Origin: an uncultured delta proteobacterium | GTDB taxonomy: Bacteria > Desulfobacterota > Syntrophia > Syntrophales > UBA2185 | Length of the DNA stretch: 64,000 bases | Assembly: GCA_963729715.1 (NCBI GenBank) | Contig: CAVSPA010000007.1 | Span: 256,001-320,000, forward strand | Direction: 5' to 3' | Shown here: positions 41,942 to 52,703 of the stretch, one piece after another | Numbering within the stretch: position 1 is the stretch's first letter | Layout: each line of letters starts with the position of its first letter | Program-made: the position numbers and the translations under genes | Notes under the pieces: generated by a model | What the model saw: only the letters and a program-made list of their open reading frames with translations | Databases searched by the model: none | What the model was told of the DNA's origin: nothing

Positions 41942-42636
41942 AGAGAGTAAACCGCAAATACAAGTCTGCGCCTTAGTGATCGGCTCATTTTATTGATAAC
42001 TGGTTGTAAGGCGCAGATATTTTAACGTGCATTTCTGGAATGATGGTGGTCTGATGTTCTTCCTTGTAGTCAAGCATCAAGTAATTTTGACATATATTCA
42101 CCCTTTCAAGCGATAATCGGTGATTATTATTGCATTGACATCTCTGACCACCTGTCTTGTCTCCGACCGTCATAAAGCAAAGCCTTATCAATATTTAGCC
42201 AACCATTTCATAAATTTTTGTTTCGCCTCAGGCGAGGGTTTCCCACCATCTCCATGCAGACACTAAAAATTGACAATCTCTCTAAAAGATGTGGTTGACT
42301 TAACTGTAAACCTATGTGGCATCGGGGTCTAATAAAGGAGATGACGAAATGAAAAAGTTACTTTTTGTAACAATCTTTTTAGCTTTGGTAGGTGTCTTTC
42401 CTGTCATGACGATGGCAGCGGTAGATGTAAGTGTAAAATCCGGTTCACCTCGAACGCCCAATCCGGTCAAGATCGAACACTGAATCCGGTGATAATCGAA
42501 CAGTAAATCCGATTATGCTCGAACATTTTTTTGACATTACCGGATTCGCTGTTCGGTGAAGAACGGATCTTCTCTCTGATGATTCTCCTCCTTATCTGAT
42601 GTAATAAGTGTCCTCAAAAACATTTGGAGGGCATGG

Positions 42637-44193
42637 ATGAAGAAGAAAGGGAGGAAGTTACCCATGAGGAAACTCAGAGAAATAGCGCGGCTGTTTTTAG
42701 AACTGAAGCTGGGTGTGCGCCCGATTGCCAGGGCGTGTGACATTTCGCCATCTACAGCCCATACGTATATGGAGAAACTCAGGGAGCTCGGTGCCGGTTA
42801 TGGAGAAATTATGGAGATGGATGATGACTCGCTTTCCGATCTTCTGTTTCCCAAGGGAGAGCAGCCGGCGTCAAGGCCATTGCCTGACTTTGTCTACCTG
42901 ACAGGGGAGATGAAAAAGAAAGGAGTAACGCTTCAACTTCTATATGAAGAGTACAAAAGAGACAATCCCGGAGGATACGAGAGGAGCCAGTTTTATCACC
43001 TTTACGGCGAATGGGCCGGGAAGGCGGACCCGGTGATGAGGTTTACCCACAAGGCGGGAGAGAAGATGTTTGTCGACTTTTCCGGAGACAGTCCCCACTA
43101 TCAGGATCCGGCAACAGGAGAGCGGGTTGATGTTGAACTTTTCGTTTCGGTATTAGGTGCGAGCTCATACATTTTTTCCTGTGCGGCGCCTGATCAGACG
43201 GGGAAAAGCTTTGTGAAATGCAACATCAAAGCCTTTGAATTCTACGGAGGATGTCCCGAGAGTATTATTATCGACAATTTGAAAGCCGGGGTTACACATG
43301 CCTGTTACTATGATCCGGAAATCAATAAGACCTTTGCAGCAATGGCAGAGCATTACCGCATTGCCGTCATTCCCACAAGAGTGGCAAAACCCAGGGACAA
43401 GGCGAAAGTGGAAAATGCAGTCCTTCAAGCCCAGCGAAGGATTGTCGCCGCATTGCGGAACCGGTTGTTCTTTAACATTACGGAACTCAACGAGGCGGTA
43501 ATGGAAGAAGTGAAGAATCTGAATGCCAGACCCATGACGGGGATAAATAAATCCCGCCTTGACCTCTTTCTCGAAATTGAGAAACCCTTACTGAAACCCC
43601 TCCCTGCGGAGAGGTTTGTCATTGCCGCCTGGAAGAAAGCAAAGGTGCACATCGATTACCACATCGAGGTGACAAAGACATACTATAGTGTTCCCTATAC
43701 CCTGATCGGGGAATACGTGGATATCAGGTATACCGGCACTGTTGTCGAAATATATCACAAGAGCAAACGGGTGGCCTCTCATATGCAGGTAGATAAGCCC
43801 GGTGTTTTTGTCACGCAAGACCTCCACATGCCGCATGAGCACCGGCAGTACCTCGAATGGACACCGGCACGGATAAAGTCATGGGGAGAGAAGGTAGGGC
43901 CTTACACCAGGGACTTTATGGAAAAGTTAATGGAGAACCGTGCCCACCCGGAACATGGGTTCCGGAGTTGCCTCGGCATAATAAGGCTCTCCAGGACATA
44001 CTCTTCTCCACGGGTAGAGAAAGCATGTAAAAGAGCATTGGACATAGGGGCATACAATTACCGGAGCGTAAAGTCCATCCTGAAGATGGGACTGGAGGAG
44101 GCGGGCCCTGAGGGGAGTGAGATAAAAAAGATCTTCCCCTTACATCCCAATATAAGAGGAAACAACTATTACCATGAGGCATCCCATGATTGA
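42637..44193 (+). CDS. istA: IS21 transposase
   Basis: FVDFSG, IIDNLK, PRDKAKVE DDE motifs. Confidence 0.95.
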   Translation: MKKKGRKLPMRKLREIARLFLELKLGVRPIARACDISPSTAHTYMEKLRELGAGYGEIMEMDDDSLSDLLFPKGEQPASRPLPDFVYLTGEMKKKGVTLQLLYEEYKRDNPGGYERSQFYHLYGEWAGKADPVMRFTHKAGEKMFVDFSGDSPHYQDPATGERVDVELFVSVLGASSYIFSCAAPDQTGKSFVKCNIKAFEFYGGCPESIIIDNLKAGVTHACYYDPEINKTFAAMAEHYRIAVIPTRVAKPRDKAKVENAVLQAQRRIVAALRNRLFFNITELNEAVMEEVKNLNARPMTGINKSRLDLFLEIEKPLLKPLPAERFVIAAWKKAKVHIDYHIEVTKTYYSVPYTLIGEYVDIRYTGTVVEIYHKSKRVASHMQVDKPGVFVTQDLHMPHEHRQYLEWTPARIKSWGEKVGPYTRDFMEKLMENRAHPEHGFRSCLGIIRLSRTYSSPRVEKACKRALDIGAYNYRSVKSILKMGLEEAGPEGSEIKKIFPLHPNIRGNNYYHEASHD

Positions 44194-44929
44194 GGCGACT
44201 ATTGAAAAGCTTATTGCCATGAAGCTCCATGGGATGTCAGAGGGCTTGAGGGAACAGATGAACAGCGCTGAATATCGTGACCTCGGTTTTGAGGAGAGAT
44301 TCGACCTTCTTGTCGACAAGGAAAAACTTCACAGGGAGAACCGGCGTATAAAGCTCCTCCTCTCCCATGCACATCTCCGGCACCCCACAGCCTGTCCTGA
44401 GAATATCGACTTCAGGACCAGGCGGGGCATAACGAAAGACGCAATACTGAGACTTTCTCAGAATGAGTGGATACGGAATAACCAGAACATCATCATAGTC
44501 GGTCCCACCGGTGCAGGGAAAACGTACCTTGCATGTGCCCTGGGGAACAGCGCTATACGGCAGGGAATAAGTACCTTGTATACGAGGCTGCCACGGTTGG
44601 GCCGTGAACTGAAAATAGCAAAAGCAGACGGGAGCTATGTGAAACTTCTTCAGCGCCTCCAGAGAATAAAGCTCCTCGTCATCGATGACTGGGGGATAAA
44701 TCCTTTTACCGATGAAGAAAGAAGGGACTTACTCGAAATCATGGAAGACAGACATAACGTACGGTCCACTATCATTGCCAGTCAGTTCCCTGTCGATACA
44801 TGGCACGATATCATAGGAGACCCGACTCTTGCAGATGCCATATGTGATCGCGTTGTCCATAATGCGCATAAAATTATATTTACATTAACAGGAGGTTCAA
44901 TGAGAAAAATACATTCAGGCTTGACTTAG
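44186..44929 (+). CDS. istB: IS21 ATPase helper
   Basis: GPTGAGKT, LVIDDWG, ADAICDR. Confidence 0.95.
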   Translation: MIEATIEKLIAMKLHGMSEGLREQMNSAEYRDLGFEERFDLLVDKEKLHRENRRIKLLLSHAHLRHPTACPENIDFRTRRGITKDAILRLSQNEWIRNNQNIIIVGPTGAGKTYLACALGNSAIRQGISTLYTRLPRLGRELKIAKADGSYVKLLQRLQRIKLLVIDDWGINPFTDEERRDLLEIMEDRHNVRSTIIASQFPVDTWHDIIGDPTLADAICDRVVHNAHKIIFTLTGGSMRKIHSGLT

Positions 44930-45644
44930 ATCGAACACTTTTATACTTAAGTGTCGGCTGGAGAAGAATCATCAAAGAGCCGTTCGGACAAATCGGACTC
45001 AGTGTTCGACCACATCGGATTTAGCATGTAAGTGTTGGAATTTCTATACCACTACCGCCACCTGTCACATTCGAAGCACCGCCGACTGTAGTCGTATTAC
45101 CAGATACCAATAGTGTTTACGCTGTTCCCAGTATAGGTGTAGGGTTTCTGGTGGCGTCCGTGGGAAGGTCGGTGGTACCGCTCGTAGTATTATGATCGTG
45201 GGTGGGCTTATTACAATAGTGTTCCAAGATTCTATTTTGACGTAGACCCATATTGGAGAGGAAACTATCAGAACCATAATTGGCATGGTCACATTTGGAA
45301 TTATCAACCGATTCCTCATTCAGAACTTCAACGGAACTGGAAGAGCTGGCAACGTAACCATTATTGGGACAAGAAAAAAACTTGGGGTGTTCAGGGTTAT
45401 ACACGTAAACCACAACAACAGACTCAGGTATTAAGGCAACAAAGACAACCTCAGAGGCAACAGCAACATAAGGGTGAATCACATCAACAGTCTGAAGGAC
45501 ACGGAGGAATGGGCGAAGAACACAGAAAGTAGGAGGACAAAAAGTTAAAAACGTTACCCTCTATAATATCTGTCGGGTAGAACAAAAAAACCGTGATCGT
45601 CAACATTCAGGATTATTTTGGAATAAAGACTGGTAAGGGGTCAT

Positions 45645-45752
45645 ATGAAAGTTTTCAAGATTACACTCGGAATCACAGCAATACTATTTCTTGTTTCATC
45701 CATCGCTGTCGCAGATGATTTAGACTGGATTCCCTATTTTAATCAAGACTGA
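45645..45752 (+). pseudogene. Truncated exported-protein gene remnant
   Basis: 35-aa ORF: signal peptide plus DDLDWI then stop; AGGGG RBS. Confidence 0.4.
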
Positions 45753-46073
45753 GGCGCTTCCATTTGTACGACCTCTTTAATATTTTCATTCATTGCTCTC
45801 GCACAGTACCGGTTGGAAGCTGCTATTCCTTGGCAACTTATTCCCATCACATGTAGCTTACGGCTGCCTTTCTGTAATCCTCTCAACATTCAATATGCAG
45901 TAATTATTGAACATTACGACCGGTAATGTTGTGATCTGGCAGTCAGACACCGGGAGACGATTTTCCTCAAGCGACTGCTATGGCATAGGATTATAGGAGT
46001 ATGTGGAAAGATGCTTGACAATAAGGGCATGTGTTAATATATTACTGTTTAGCAATATATAGGAATGTAATCC

Positions 46074-46415
46074 ATGAAAGATTTTATAAAGGTCATGAAG
46101 GCCCTTTCAGATCCCAACAGGGTGAAGATTTTGAAAATGTTGCAGCACAAGGCCATGTGCGTATGTGAAATGCAGGCGGCACTGGATATTGCCCAGCCAA
46201 CTGTTTCCAAACACTTGAAGTTTCTTGAACATGCCGGTCTTGTCGGCTTTAAGAAGGACGGCCAGTGGGTCAATTATCATCTAACGGACGGAAGCAAGAG
46301 CCCCTATGCTGCGAGTCTTCTGGGAAACTTGAAACATTGGATCCAGGACGACCCGGAGATTCGGCATATCGTAAAAAAACTTCAATCCATCCGCCGTGAA
46401 GATATCTGCAAATAA
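46074..46415 (+). CDS. arsR: ArsR/SmtB regulator
   Basis: KALSDPNR, MCVCE, QPTVSKHL. Confidence 0.92.
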   Translation: MKDFIKVMKALSDPNRVKILKMLQHKAMCVCEMQAALDIAQPTVSKHLKFLEHAGLVGFKKDGQWVNYHLTDGSKSPYAASLLGNLKHWIQDDPEIRHIVKKLQSIRREDICK

Positions 46416-46466
46416 CTGTGATGATATATTGCTCAATAGAAATGTCAGCGATAGTGGGTAATTCAA

Positions 46467-47417
46467 ATGATTAAAGCTTTCGCCGACTGGCTGACTTACA
46501 GCGTATTTGAACTCTCAGCTGATACTCATCTTGCTGATGCCGTCAATTTCTTCATATATGACACCATCAAGATCCTTCTGATGTTGACCGTAATTATCTT
46601 TCTCGTCTCGATCATCAGAAGTTTCTTTCAGCCGGAGAAGGTAAAGAAGATACTCGCCAATAAAGTTGAATTTGTCGGAAACATATTGGCTTCCTTGTTG
46701 GGTATTGTCACGCCATTTTGCTCCTGCTCAGCCGTGCCGGTATTTATCGGTTTTCTGGAGGCGGGTGTTCCCCTCGGAGTGACACTGTCTTTCCTGATCG
46801 CCTCACCGATGATCAACGAAGTGGCATTGGTGCTTCTCTGGGGCCTATTCGGGGCGAAAATTGCCTTGATTTATATCGGAACGGGCTTAACTGTTGCCAT
46901 CATCTCCGGCATCATACTGGGACGCATCCCTGCCGTAGAAAAGATGGTTGAAGATTACGTGTGGGAACTGAGGATGGGTGAGACTAATATTCCGCAGCTT
47001 TCCTGGCGGGACCGTTTTCAACTGGCGTCTTTTCATACCCAGGATATCCTGAAGCGGGTGACGCTCTATGTCATTCTCGGAATCGGAGTCGGCGCGGTTA
47101 TTCACGGATACGTGCCGATAGATTTTGTGGCAACCTACGCTGGTCGGGATAATCCCTTTGCAGTCCCCCTCGCTGTCCTAATCGCAATACCTCTTTACTC
47201 GAACGCTGCGGGTACGATCCCGATTGTACAGGCTTTGATGGGCAAGGGTATGCCGCTCGGAACTGTCTTGGCTTTCATGATGGCTGTTACGGCGATTTCA
47301 TTCCCGGAAATGGTGATCCTGAGAAAGGTTTTAAAAGTAAAGCTCTTGATTATATTTGCTGCCATACTAACAGTTGCCATAATTATCGTCGGCTATCTGT
47401 TTAACGCAATTATGTAA
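46467..47417 (+). CDS. ArsP-like DUF318 permease
   Basis: TPFCSCS, SFLIASPM, PLYSNA; ars context. Confidence 0.88.
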   Translation: MIKAFADWLTYSVFELSADTHLADAVNFFIYDTIKILLMLTVIIFLVSIIRSFFQPEKVKKILANKVEFVGNILASLLGIVTPFCSCSAVPVFIGFLEAGVPLGVTLSFLIASPMINEVALVLLWGLFGAKIALIYIGTGLTVAIISGIILGRIPAVEKMVEDYVWELRMGETNIPQLSWRDRFQLASFHTQDILKRVTLYVILGIGVGAVIHGYVPIDFVATYAGRDNPFAVPLAVLIAIPLYSNAAGTIPIVQALMGKGMPLGTVLAFMMAVTAISFPEMVILRKVLKVKLLIIFAAILTVAIIIVGYLFNAIM

Positions 47418-47431
47418 AAGGAGGTAAATCA

Positions 47432-47671
47432 ATGGAGATTAAGATATTGGGACCAGGTTGCCGCAACTGCGAGAAATTAGCTGCCGATGCCAAACTTGCC
47501 GCGAAAGACGGCGGCTGTGCTGCCGAAGTTGTCAAGGTGACCGATATGAAACAGATAATGAGTTATGGGGTACTCAGTACACCTGGCTTGGTTATAAATG
47601 GCAAGGTCAAGTCATACGGAAGAATTCCGTCAGTCGATGAAATCAAAAAGTGGATTGAAGAAGAAAAATAG
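47432..47671 (+). CDS. Small thioredoxin-like redox-active disulfide protein
   Basis: ILGPGCRNC, TPGLVING. Confidence 0.9.
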   Translation: MEIKILGPGCRNCEKLAADAKLAAKDGGCAAEVVKVTDMKQIMSYGVLSTPGLVINGKVKSYGRIPSVDEIKKWIEEEK

Positions 47672-47690
47672 AGTCGGAGTAAATATCGCA

Positions 47691-48113
47691 GTGCCGGGAA
47701 ATAAGAAACGGGTGCTGTTCATCTGCACCCATAATGCCGCTCGTTCCCAGATGGCCGAAGGTCTGCTGCGCGCCTTGCATGGTGAACTCTATGAAGTCTT
47801 TAGTGCCGGTACTGAGCCTGCAGGTGTGAGCCCTTATGCAGTTAAGGTGATGAGTGAAATTGGCATCGACATGGAAGCCCACCGCTCAAAGGGTATTCAG
47901 GAATTTTTAGGTCAGCAGTTTGACTACGTGGTCACCGTCTGTGATCATGCGAAGGAGGCCTGCCCGTATTTTGACGGCGGTAAAAAAATGCTTCACCAGA
48001 GCTTTACCGATCCGTCAGACTTGATAGGATCGGAAGAAGAAATCATGGCGGGTTTTCGACGGATCCGGGATGAAATCAAATGCTGGATTGAAAGAGAATT
48101 CCTTAGACTGTAA
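47691..48113 (+). CDS. arsC: Arsenate reductase (LMW-PTP type)
   Basis: FICTHNAARSQMAE, TVCD.A.EACP, F.DP; GTG start inferred. Confidence 0.9.
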   Translation: MPGNKKRVLFICTHNAARSQMAEGLLRALHGELYEVFSAGTEPAGVSPYAVKVMSEIGIDMEAHRSKGIQEFLGQQFDYVVTVCDHAKEACPYFDGGKKMLHQSFTDPSDLIGSEEEIMAGFRRIRDEIKCWIEREFLRL

Positions 48114-48140
48114 CCCGCTGTCTAGAGAAAGGATGGGTAT

Positions 48141-49022
48141 ATGTCAGAGAGTATTGTGAAAAGGTTATCATTTCTGGACCGCTTTTTGACTCTATGGATC
48201 TTTCTCGCTATCGGCGTGGGAATCGCGATCGGCTTTTTCCTCCCGGGAGTGTCAAAGTTCATTACGGGGTTACAGGTTGGTACAACATCGATCCCCATTG
48301 CCATCGGGCTGATATTGATGATGTACCCACCCCTTGCCCGCGTCAAATATGAGGAAATGGGCAAAGTTTTTAAGAACAAGAAATTGCTGGCCATATCCCT
48401 TCTGCAGAACTGGGTCATCGGGCCGGTAGTCATGTTTATCTTGGCCGTAGTCTTTCTGCACAATTATCCGGAATATATGATCGGGGTAATTCTGGTGGGG
48501 CTTGCCCGGTGCATCGCCATGGTTATTGTGTGGAACGAGCTTGCGGGCGGAGACAGGGAGTTTGCTGCTGGTCTTGTTGCCCTGAATGCCATTGCCCATG
48601 TCCTCTTTTATGCGGTCTACATCTATGTCTTCGTGACCCTTTTTCTGAACTGGCTTGGACTCGCGAAGTCCCTCAATATCAATGTCTCGATGGTGGAATC
48701 AGCTAAAACTGTATTTACTTATCTCGGTATTCCCTTTCTTGCCGGCTTGATTACACGTTATACCCTCATCAGTGTAAGGGGGAAGGAATGGTTCGATACG
48801 GTTTTTATGCCCAGGCTGAGCTCTGTTACCCTTGTCTTTTTGCTTTTCACCATTGTCGTCATGTTCTCGACCCAGGACAATAAAATCATTGCCTCGCCCT
48901 TTGACGTATTGATAGTGGCAATTCCCCTCACCATTTATTTTTCAAAACCCGACCGCGTGATCCCGGCTCATATTGATCTTCAATTAAGTCAGAGGTGTCA
49001 TACCGACCCGATTTTTTCATAA
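48141..49022 (+). pseudogene. acr3: Acr3 arsenite efflux transporter, C-terminally truncated
   Basis: [28 protein letters not shown]; similarity ends at PLTIYF (~48940), followed by unrelated tail. Confidence 0.85.
48928..49020 (-). pseudogene. N-terminal remnant of a Fic-family gene
   Basis: [38 protein letters not shown] resembles Fic N-termini (Y.PG..VLKN). Confidence 0.6.
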
Positions 49023-49105
49023 TCCTCCGTTATTTCCTTTATTCATAAATTTATGTACTCAATATGTGCTTGAAATTTAAATGAAAATTATACCTGCATA
49101 TGAAA

Positions 49106-49127
49106 TTAGTCAAGTCAATTTGACTAA
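49106..49127. promoter_or_regulatory. Palindromic operator candidate
   Basis: TTAGTCAA-N6-TTGACTAA upstream of the Fic remnant. Confidence 0.4.
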
Positions 49128-49703
49128 ACTATTTCGAAAAAAACATCAATTTCGTCTATCAAGGCAAGTTGACGAATATTTTTAAGATTCCATACATAAG
49201 GGAAACGATTTTCAATCACCCAGCATTTTTAAGAAAATATATTTAATATTTCACCCATTCTACTTATCCTCAATAATCATCCAAAATTATGCCAGAATCA
49301 TAACATAAAAACTGGACCGGTTTAGGTGGCAGGTCAGTCCGTGATTCTGTCTTACGTTGAATGACTTTCGGGAGACAAGGACGACAGCAATACATATGTT
49401 AACCCCCGATATCCAAAACTTTGCATGCGCCCCACCTATCTATTGACCAATTTTCACCTATCCATGAGGCTTGTTAACTGCAAAATATTTTCTTCCTTAG
49501 ATTCTGCCTCACTTTCCGGGAGAATTAACATCTCTAATAAAGATAATCACGCAATTTGCAACCTTACCCTTTTCGTATAGTCATCCAAACTATCTTTTTT
49601 ATGTTTGATTACCTTCAGGCTCGGAGTCTTCATCATTTAAGAGATAAAGGAGTTTCTACCGGACGGGCTGCTCTTCAGTATTACAAACAAAAGGGATGAG
49701 CTT

Positions 49704-50672
49704 ATGGAAAGATTAAAAAAGATCAGGGAAGGAGATGTTCGCACCGCCTCTCGTCTCATAAGGAATATTGAAGATGATATTCCGGAAACGCGGCAAATCA
49801 TCAAGGACATTTTCCTTCATACGGGGAATGCTCATATTATAGGAATTACCGGCTCTCCGGGCGTCGGGAAAAGCACGCTGGTTGACGGCCTCATAGAATG
49901 GAACCGCAGTATCGGAAAAACCGTGGGCGTCCTCGCCGTCGATCCCACCAGCCCCTTTACGGGAGGCGCAATTCTGGGTGACAGAATTCGCATGCAGCGG
50001 CATGCGGAAGATAACGGGGTTTTTGTGAGAAGCATGGCCACACGGGGCTCATTGGGAGGTCTTTCGAAGGCCGTTGGCGAGGCAATCCATGTCCTGGATG
50101 CCATGGGTAAAGAACTAATAATGGTGGAAACGGTAGGCGCGGGTCAGCAGGAAGTGCAGGTCATGAATTATGCCCATACCATCGTGCTCGTCCTCGTTCC
50201 CGGGATGGGAGACGAGATTCAGGTCCTTAAGGCTGGCATCATGGAGATCGCCGACATCTTTGTTATCAACAAGGCACACCGTGATGGAACTCATAAACTT
50301 CAACGCGAGCTAATGGCCATTCTCGACATGTCGCCAAACCGATCAGGCCAATGGCGGCCTCCCATCCTCACCGTTGAAAGTGTCTTCGAACCTGCGAAGT
50401 TCCGAAAGGGAATTGAAGCCCTGGCGACTACGATCCTGGATCATCACAGGTATCTTTTCGAAAACAATGTGATCGGCGATTGCAACCGTCGCCGGTCATT
50501 TCATGCATTAAACGATGCCCTTGTCTTATGTATTCTCAACCCAATCTTAAACCAACTGATTGTGGAAGGCGAGATGGACCGCATGGTTGATAAACTGCTT
50601 CACGGTGAAACGGACCCTGTCACTCTCGCAGAGGAGGTAGCTGGAAGATACCTGCAAATCACTGCCGATTAG
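49704..50672 (+). CDS. meaB: Mutase-associated GTPase
   Basis: GSPGVGKST, AVDPTSP.TGGAILGDRIRM, ETVG.GQ.E, NKA. Confidence 0.93.
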   Translation: MERLKKIREGDVRTASRLIRNIEDDIPETRQIIKDIFLHTGNAHIIGITGSPGVGKSTLVDGLIEWNRSIGKTVGVLAVDPTSPFTGGAILGDRIRMQRHAEDNGVFVRSMATRGSLGGLSKAVGEAIHVLDAMGKELIMVETVGAGQQEVQVMNYAHTIVLVLVPGMGDEIQVLKAGIMEIADIFVINKAHRDGTHKLQRELMAILDMSPNRSGQWRPPILTVESVFEPAKFRKGIEALATTILDHHRYLFENNVIGDCNRRRSFHALNDALVLCILNPILNQLIVEGEMDRMVDKLLHGETDPVTLAEEVAGRYLQITAD

Positions 50673-50699
50673 ATTAACTCTCATGTTTTGGAGGAACTC

Positions 50700-51623
50700 A
50701 TGGAAGCACCGATGACAGAAAGAGTGCGTGTTACCCCTTTGGCGTTAACGGAAAACCTCTGGGTATTGGGAAATTATTTCTTTAACCTCTATCTTGTCCG
50801 GGGCAGGAACGGATCAGCGCTTATTGAGGCGGGCATTTCAGCGATTGCAGATAGGGTCATCCGGCAGATGGAGGCCCTTGATATATCGCCGACGTATTTA
50901 ATCCTAACGCATCCGCATGCTGACCATGTAACGGGACTGGGAGCCTTGCGGGAAAGATACCCGGATGCAGTGGTTATTGCCGGCATGGGAGCAAAAGAGT
51001 TTTTGACCCATCCCAAAGCCCTGCAAACGATGTTGAAAGAAGACCGATTCATGACAGCCCGTCTATACAAGATGGGTACAAAGTACGGCCGTCCTCCGAT
51101 TGAGAAATTTGAATTTCCGGAAAATCATATTGCCGTCAAGGATAAGCGTGACATTGACCTCGGCGGGATTTCCCTGCAGTGCCTCAAGGTCGGAGGGCAC
51201 TCACCGGGTAACATCGTTATACATATACCGGCGATGGGAGCATTGATACTTTCAGATTCTCTCGGCTTTCACTTTCCCGGACAGGAGTTTCTGCCTCTCT
51301 TCCTGACTGATTTTTCAGACTATATAAACACCATCGATTACATGAAATCGCTCAACGCGCATATCCTCGGATTCGGTCATCAGGGGCCATTGATGGGGTC
51401 CTCAGTAGAAGATGCTTTTAGCCAATCGCGGCAAGCAACATTCGATATGTTGTCCCGGGTCATGAATGAAGATAATAAAGGCGACGAATTGGCTGAGGAG
51501 ATATTCAGGGAATATTACAGAGATGAATTCACGGTATATAGCGAAGAAAATATCAGAAGCGTAGGGCAGCTCCTGGTTCGCAGAGGGCGCGAGACCCTCA
51601 TAACCCGGCGCATTACCCAATGA
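50700..51623 (+). CDS. MBL-fold metallo-hydrolase
   Basis: THPHADH, GGHSPG, SD, GH. Confidence 0.9.
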   Translation: MEAPMTERVRVTPLALTENLWVLGNYFFNLYLVRGRNGSALIEAGISAIADRVIRQMEALDISPTYLILTHPHADHVTGLGALRERYPDAVVIAGMGAKEFLTHPKALQTMLKEDRFMTARLYKMGTKYGRPPIEKFEFPENHIAVKDKRDIDLGGISLQCLKVGGHSPGNIVIHIPAMGALILSDSLGFHFPGQEFLPLFLTDFSDYINTIDYMKSLNAHILGFGHQGPLMGSSVEDAFSQSRQATFDMLSRVMNEDNKGDELAEEIFREYYRDEFTVYSEENIRSVGQLLVRRGRETLITRRITQ

Positions 51624-51886
51624 TCCCTCGTTCGTGGAGAAAGCATATATGAATTTCAATTTCGCCAGAGCCAATAGCCTTAAGAAGCAGAGTTTCGGAA
51701 TTTTGTGATAGGGAATGTTTGCCGAAACTGGAAACCATATTGTTATAGTGGTTGTGGATTGTTGCAAACGACATTTCTGTCGGCTGCTATATGCATGGAT
51801 TATAAATACGGTGGTCAAAAAACTAATCGCCTTTTCCCAGCGTGTGAGTTATTGTTCTTTCAACGGGCGATACCATATTAACGGGA

Positions 51887-52684
51887 ATGGCCATTTTTAA
51901 AGACTGTGCCATGATAGAGAACAATTCACCACAGACAAATGTCTACCATATAACCTACTCCCGGGAATATGGTGTGTGTTGCCTTTTCTTCTGGGGATGC
52001 AATTTGAGCTGCCGGCTCTGCCTTCTTAAGAAAGAGGCTTTTGACTGCCATCTTCCCGAAACCCGCTTGCGCATCTACGATCCCGCATATATAAGCGAGC
52101 GGCCCAGTCGTTTTCTGGCTTTACACGAACTCGTACAACTTCTCGATCCGCTGTCATTAAAACAGATCGTCCTTATGGGCGCCGAAGCCGTGTGTGACCC
52201 CCTTCTGCCCCGGATTCTGGATTCTCTGAAGCAGTCGAAGAATTGTTCCTTTGTGCTTCTCACCAACGGCAGGAAATCGCCGCCACTTGCGATGCTGGAT
52301 GAAGTTATCTTCAGCATTAAAGCTGTCACGCCCGCCTTGCACCGTGACTATACGGGAGTCGACAACAGGATTATCTTGCGGAACTTCGCTGAGATTGCAC
52401 CATCCAAGTCTGTCTCGCTTCATGCTGAAACCGTTTTCGTACCAGGCTACGTCGATGAGGAAGAAATTTTGCGGATCGCCGCCTTCATCGCTTCCGTGGA
52501 CCGATCTATCCCCCTCAGAATAGATGCTTATCTGCCCATCCAAGGTCTGCCCTGGCGTGTTCCCACGCCCGAAGAGATGCAGGCATTGGCGGATAGAACA
52601 AAGCAGGTTCTTCCTAATACCGCCTGCTTCTATGGTGACAAAGGAAAGACTGAGTTGGCTTATGAAATCGAAAGAATTTATTGA
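51887..52684 (+). CDS. Radical SAM protein (activase-like)
   Basis: WGCNLSCRLC, TNG, SIKA, VPGYVD. Confidence 0.85.
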   Translation: MAIFKDCAMIENNSPQTNVYHITYSREYGVCCLFFWGCNLSCRLCLLKKEAFDCHLPETRLRIYDPAYISERPSRFLALHELVQLLDPLSLKQIVLMGAEAVCDPLLPRILDSLKQSKNCSFVLLTNGRKSPPLAMLDEVIFSIKAVTPALHRDYTGVDNRIILRNFAEIAPSKSVSLHAETVFVPGYVDEEEILRIAAFIASVDRSIPLRIDAYLPIQGLPWRVPTPEEMQALADRTKQVLPNTACFYGDKGKTELAYEIERIY

Positions 52685-52703
52685 AACAAGAGGCGATTGA
52701 TTC

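Larger units (their letters stand above)
42432..45026 (+). mobile_element. IS21-family element
   Basis: TG...CA ends, multiple 23-bp-period end repeats, 6-bp TSD TGTAAG (42426-42431, 45027-45032). Confidence 0.92.
42349..45532 (+). pseudogene. Exported Pro/Trp-rich protein gene split by IS21 and further decayed
   Basis: MKKLLFVTIFLALVGVFPVMTMAAVDVS continues after the IS as VGISIPLPPPVTFEAPP; later frameshift and TAG; ends 45532. Confidence 0.75.

Noticed and set aside
42432..42530. 23-bp periodic AATCCG...TCGAAC repeats as a CRISPR array
   Set aside because: No spacers; mirrored at the other IS end; these are IS21 transposase-binding repeats
47432..47671. Selenocysteine read-through in redox proteins
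   Set aside because: The CxxC is encoded by normal Cys codons; no TGA-interrupted redox ORF noticed
49130..49703. Cobalamin riboswitch upstream of the mutase operon
   Set aside because: No B12-box or GCCACTG/GGGAAG core recognised by eye; an Rfam search would be decisive
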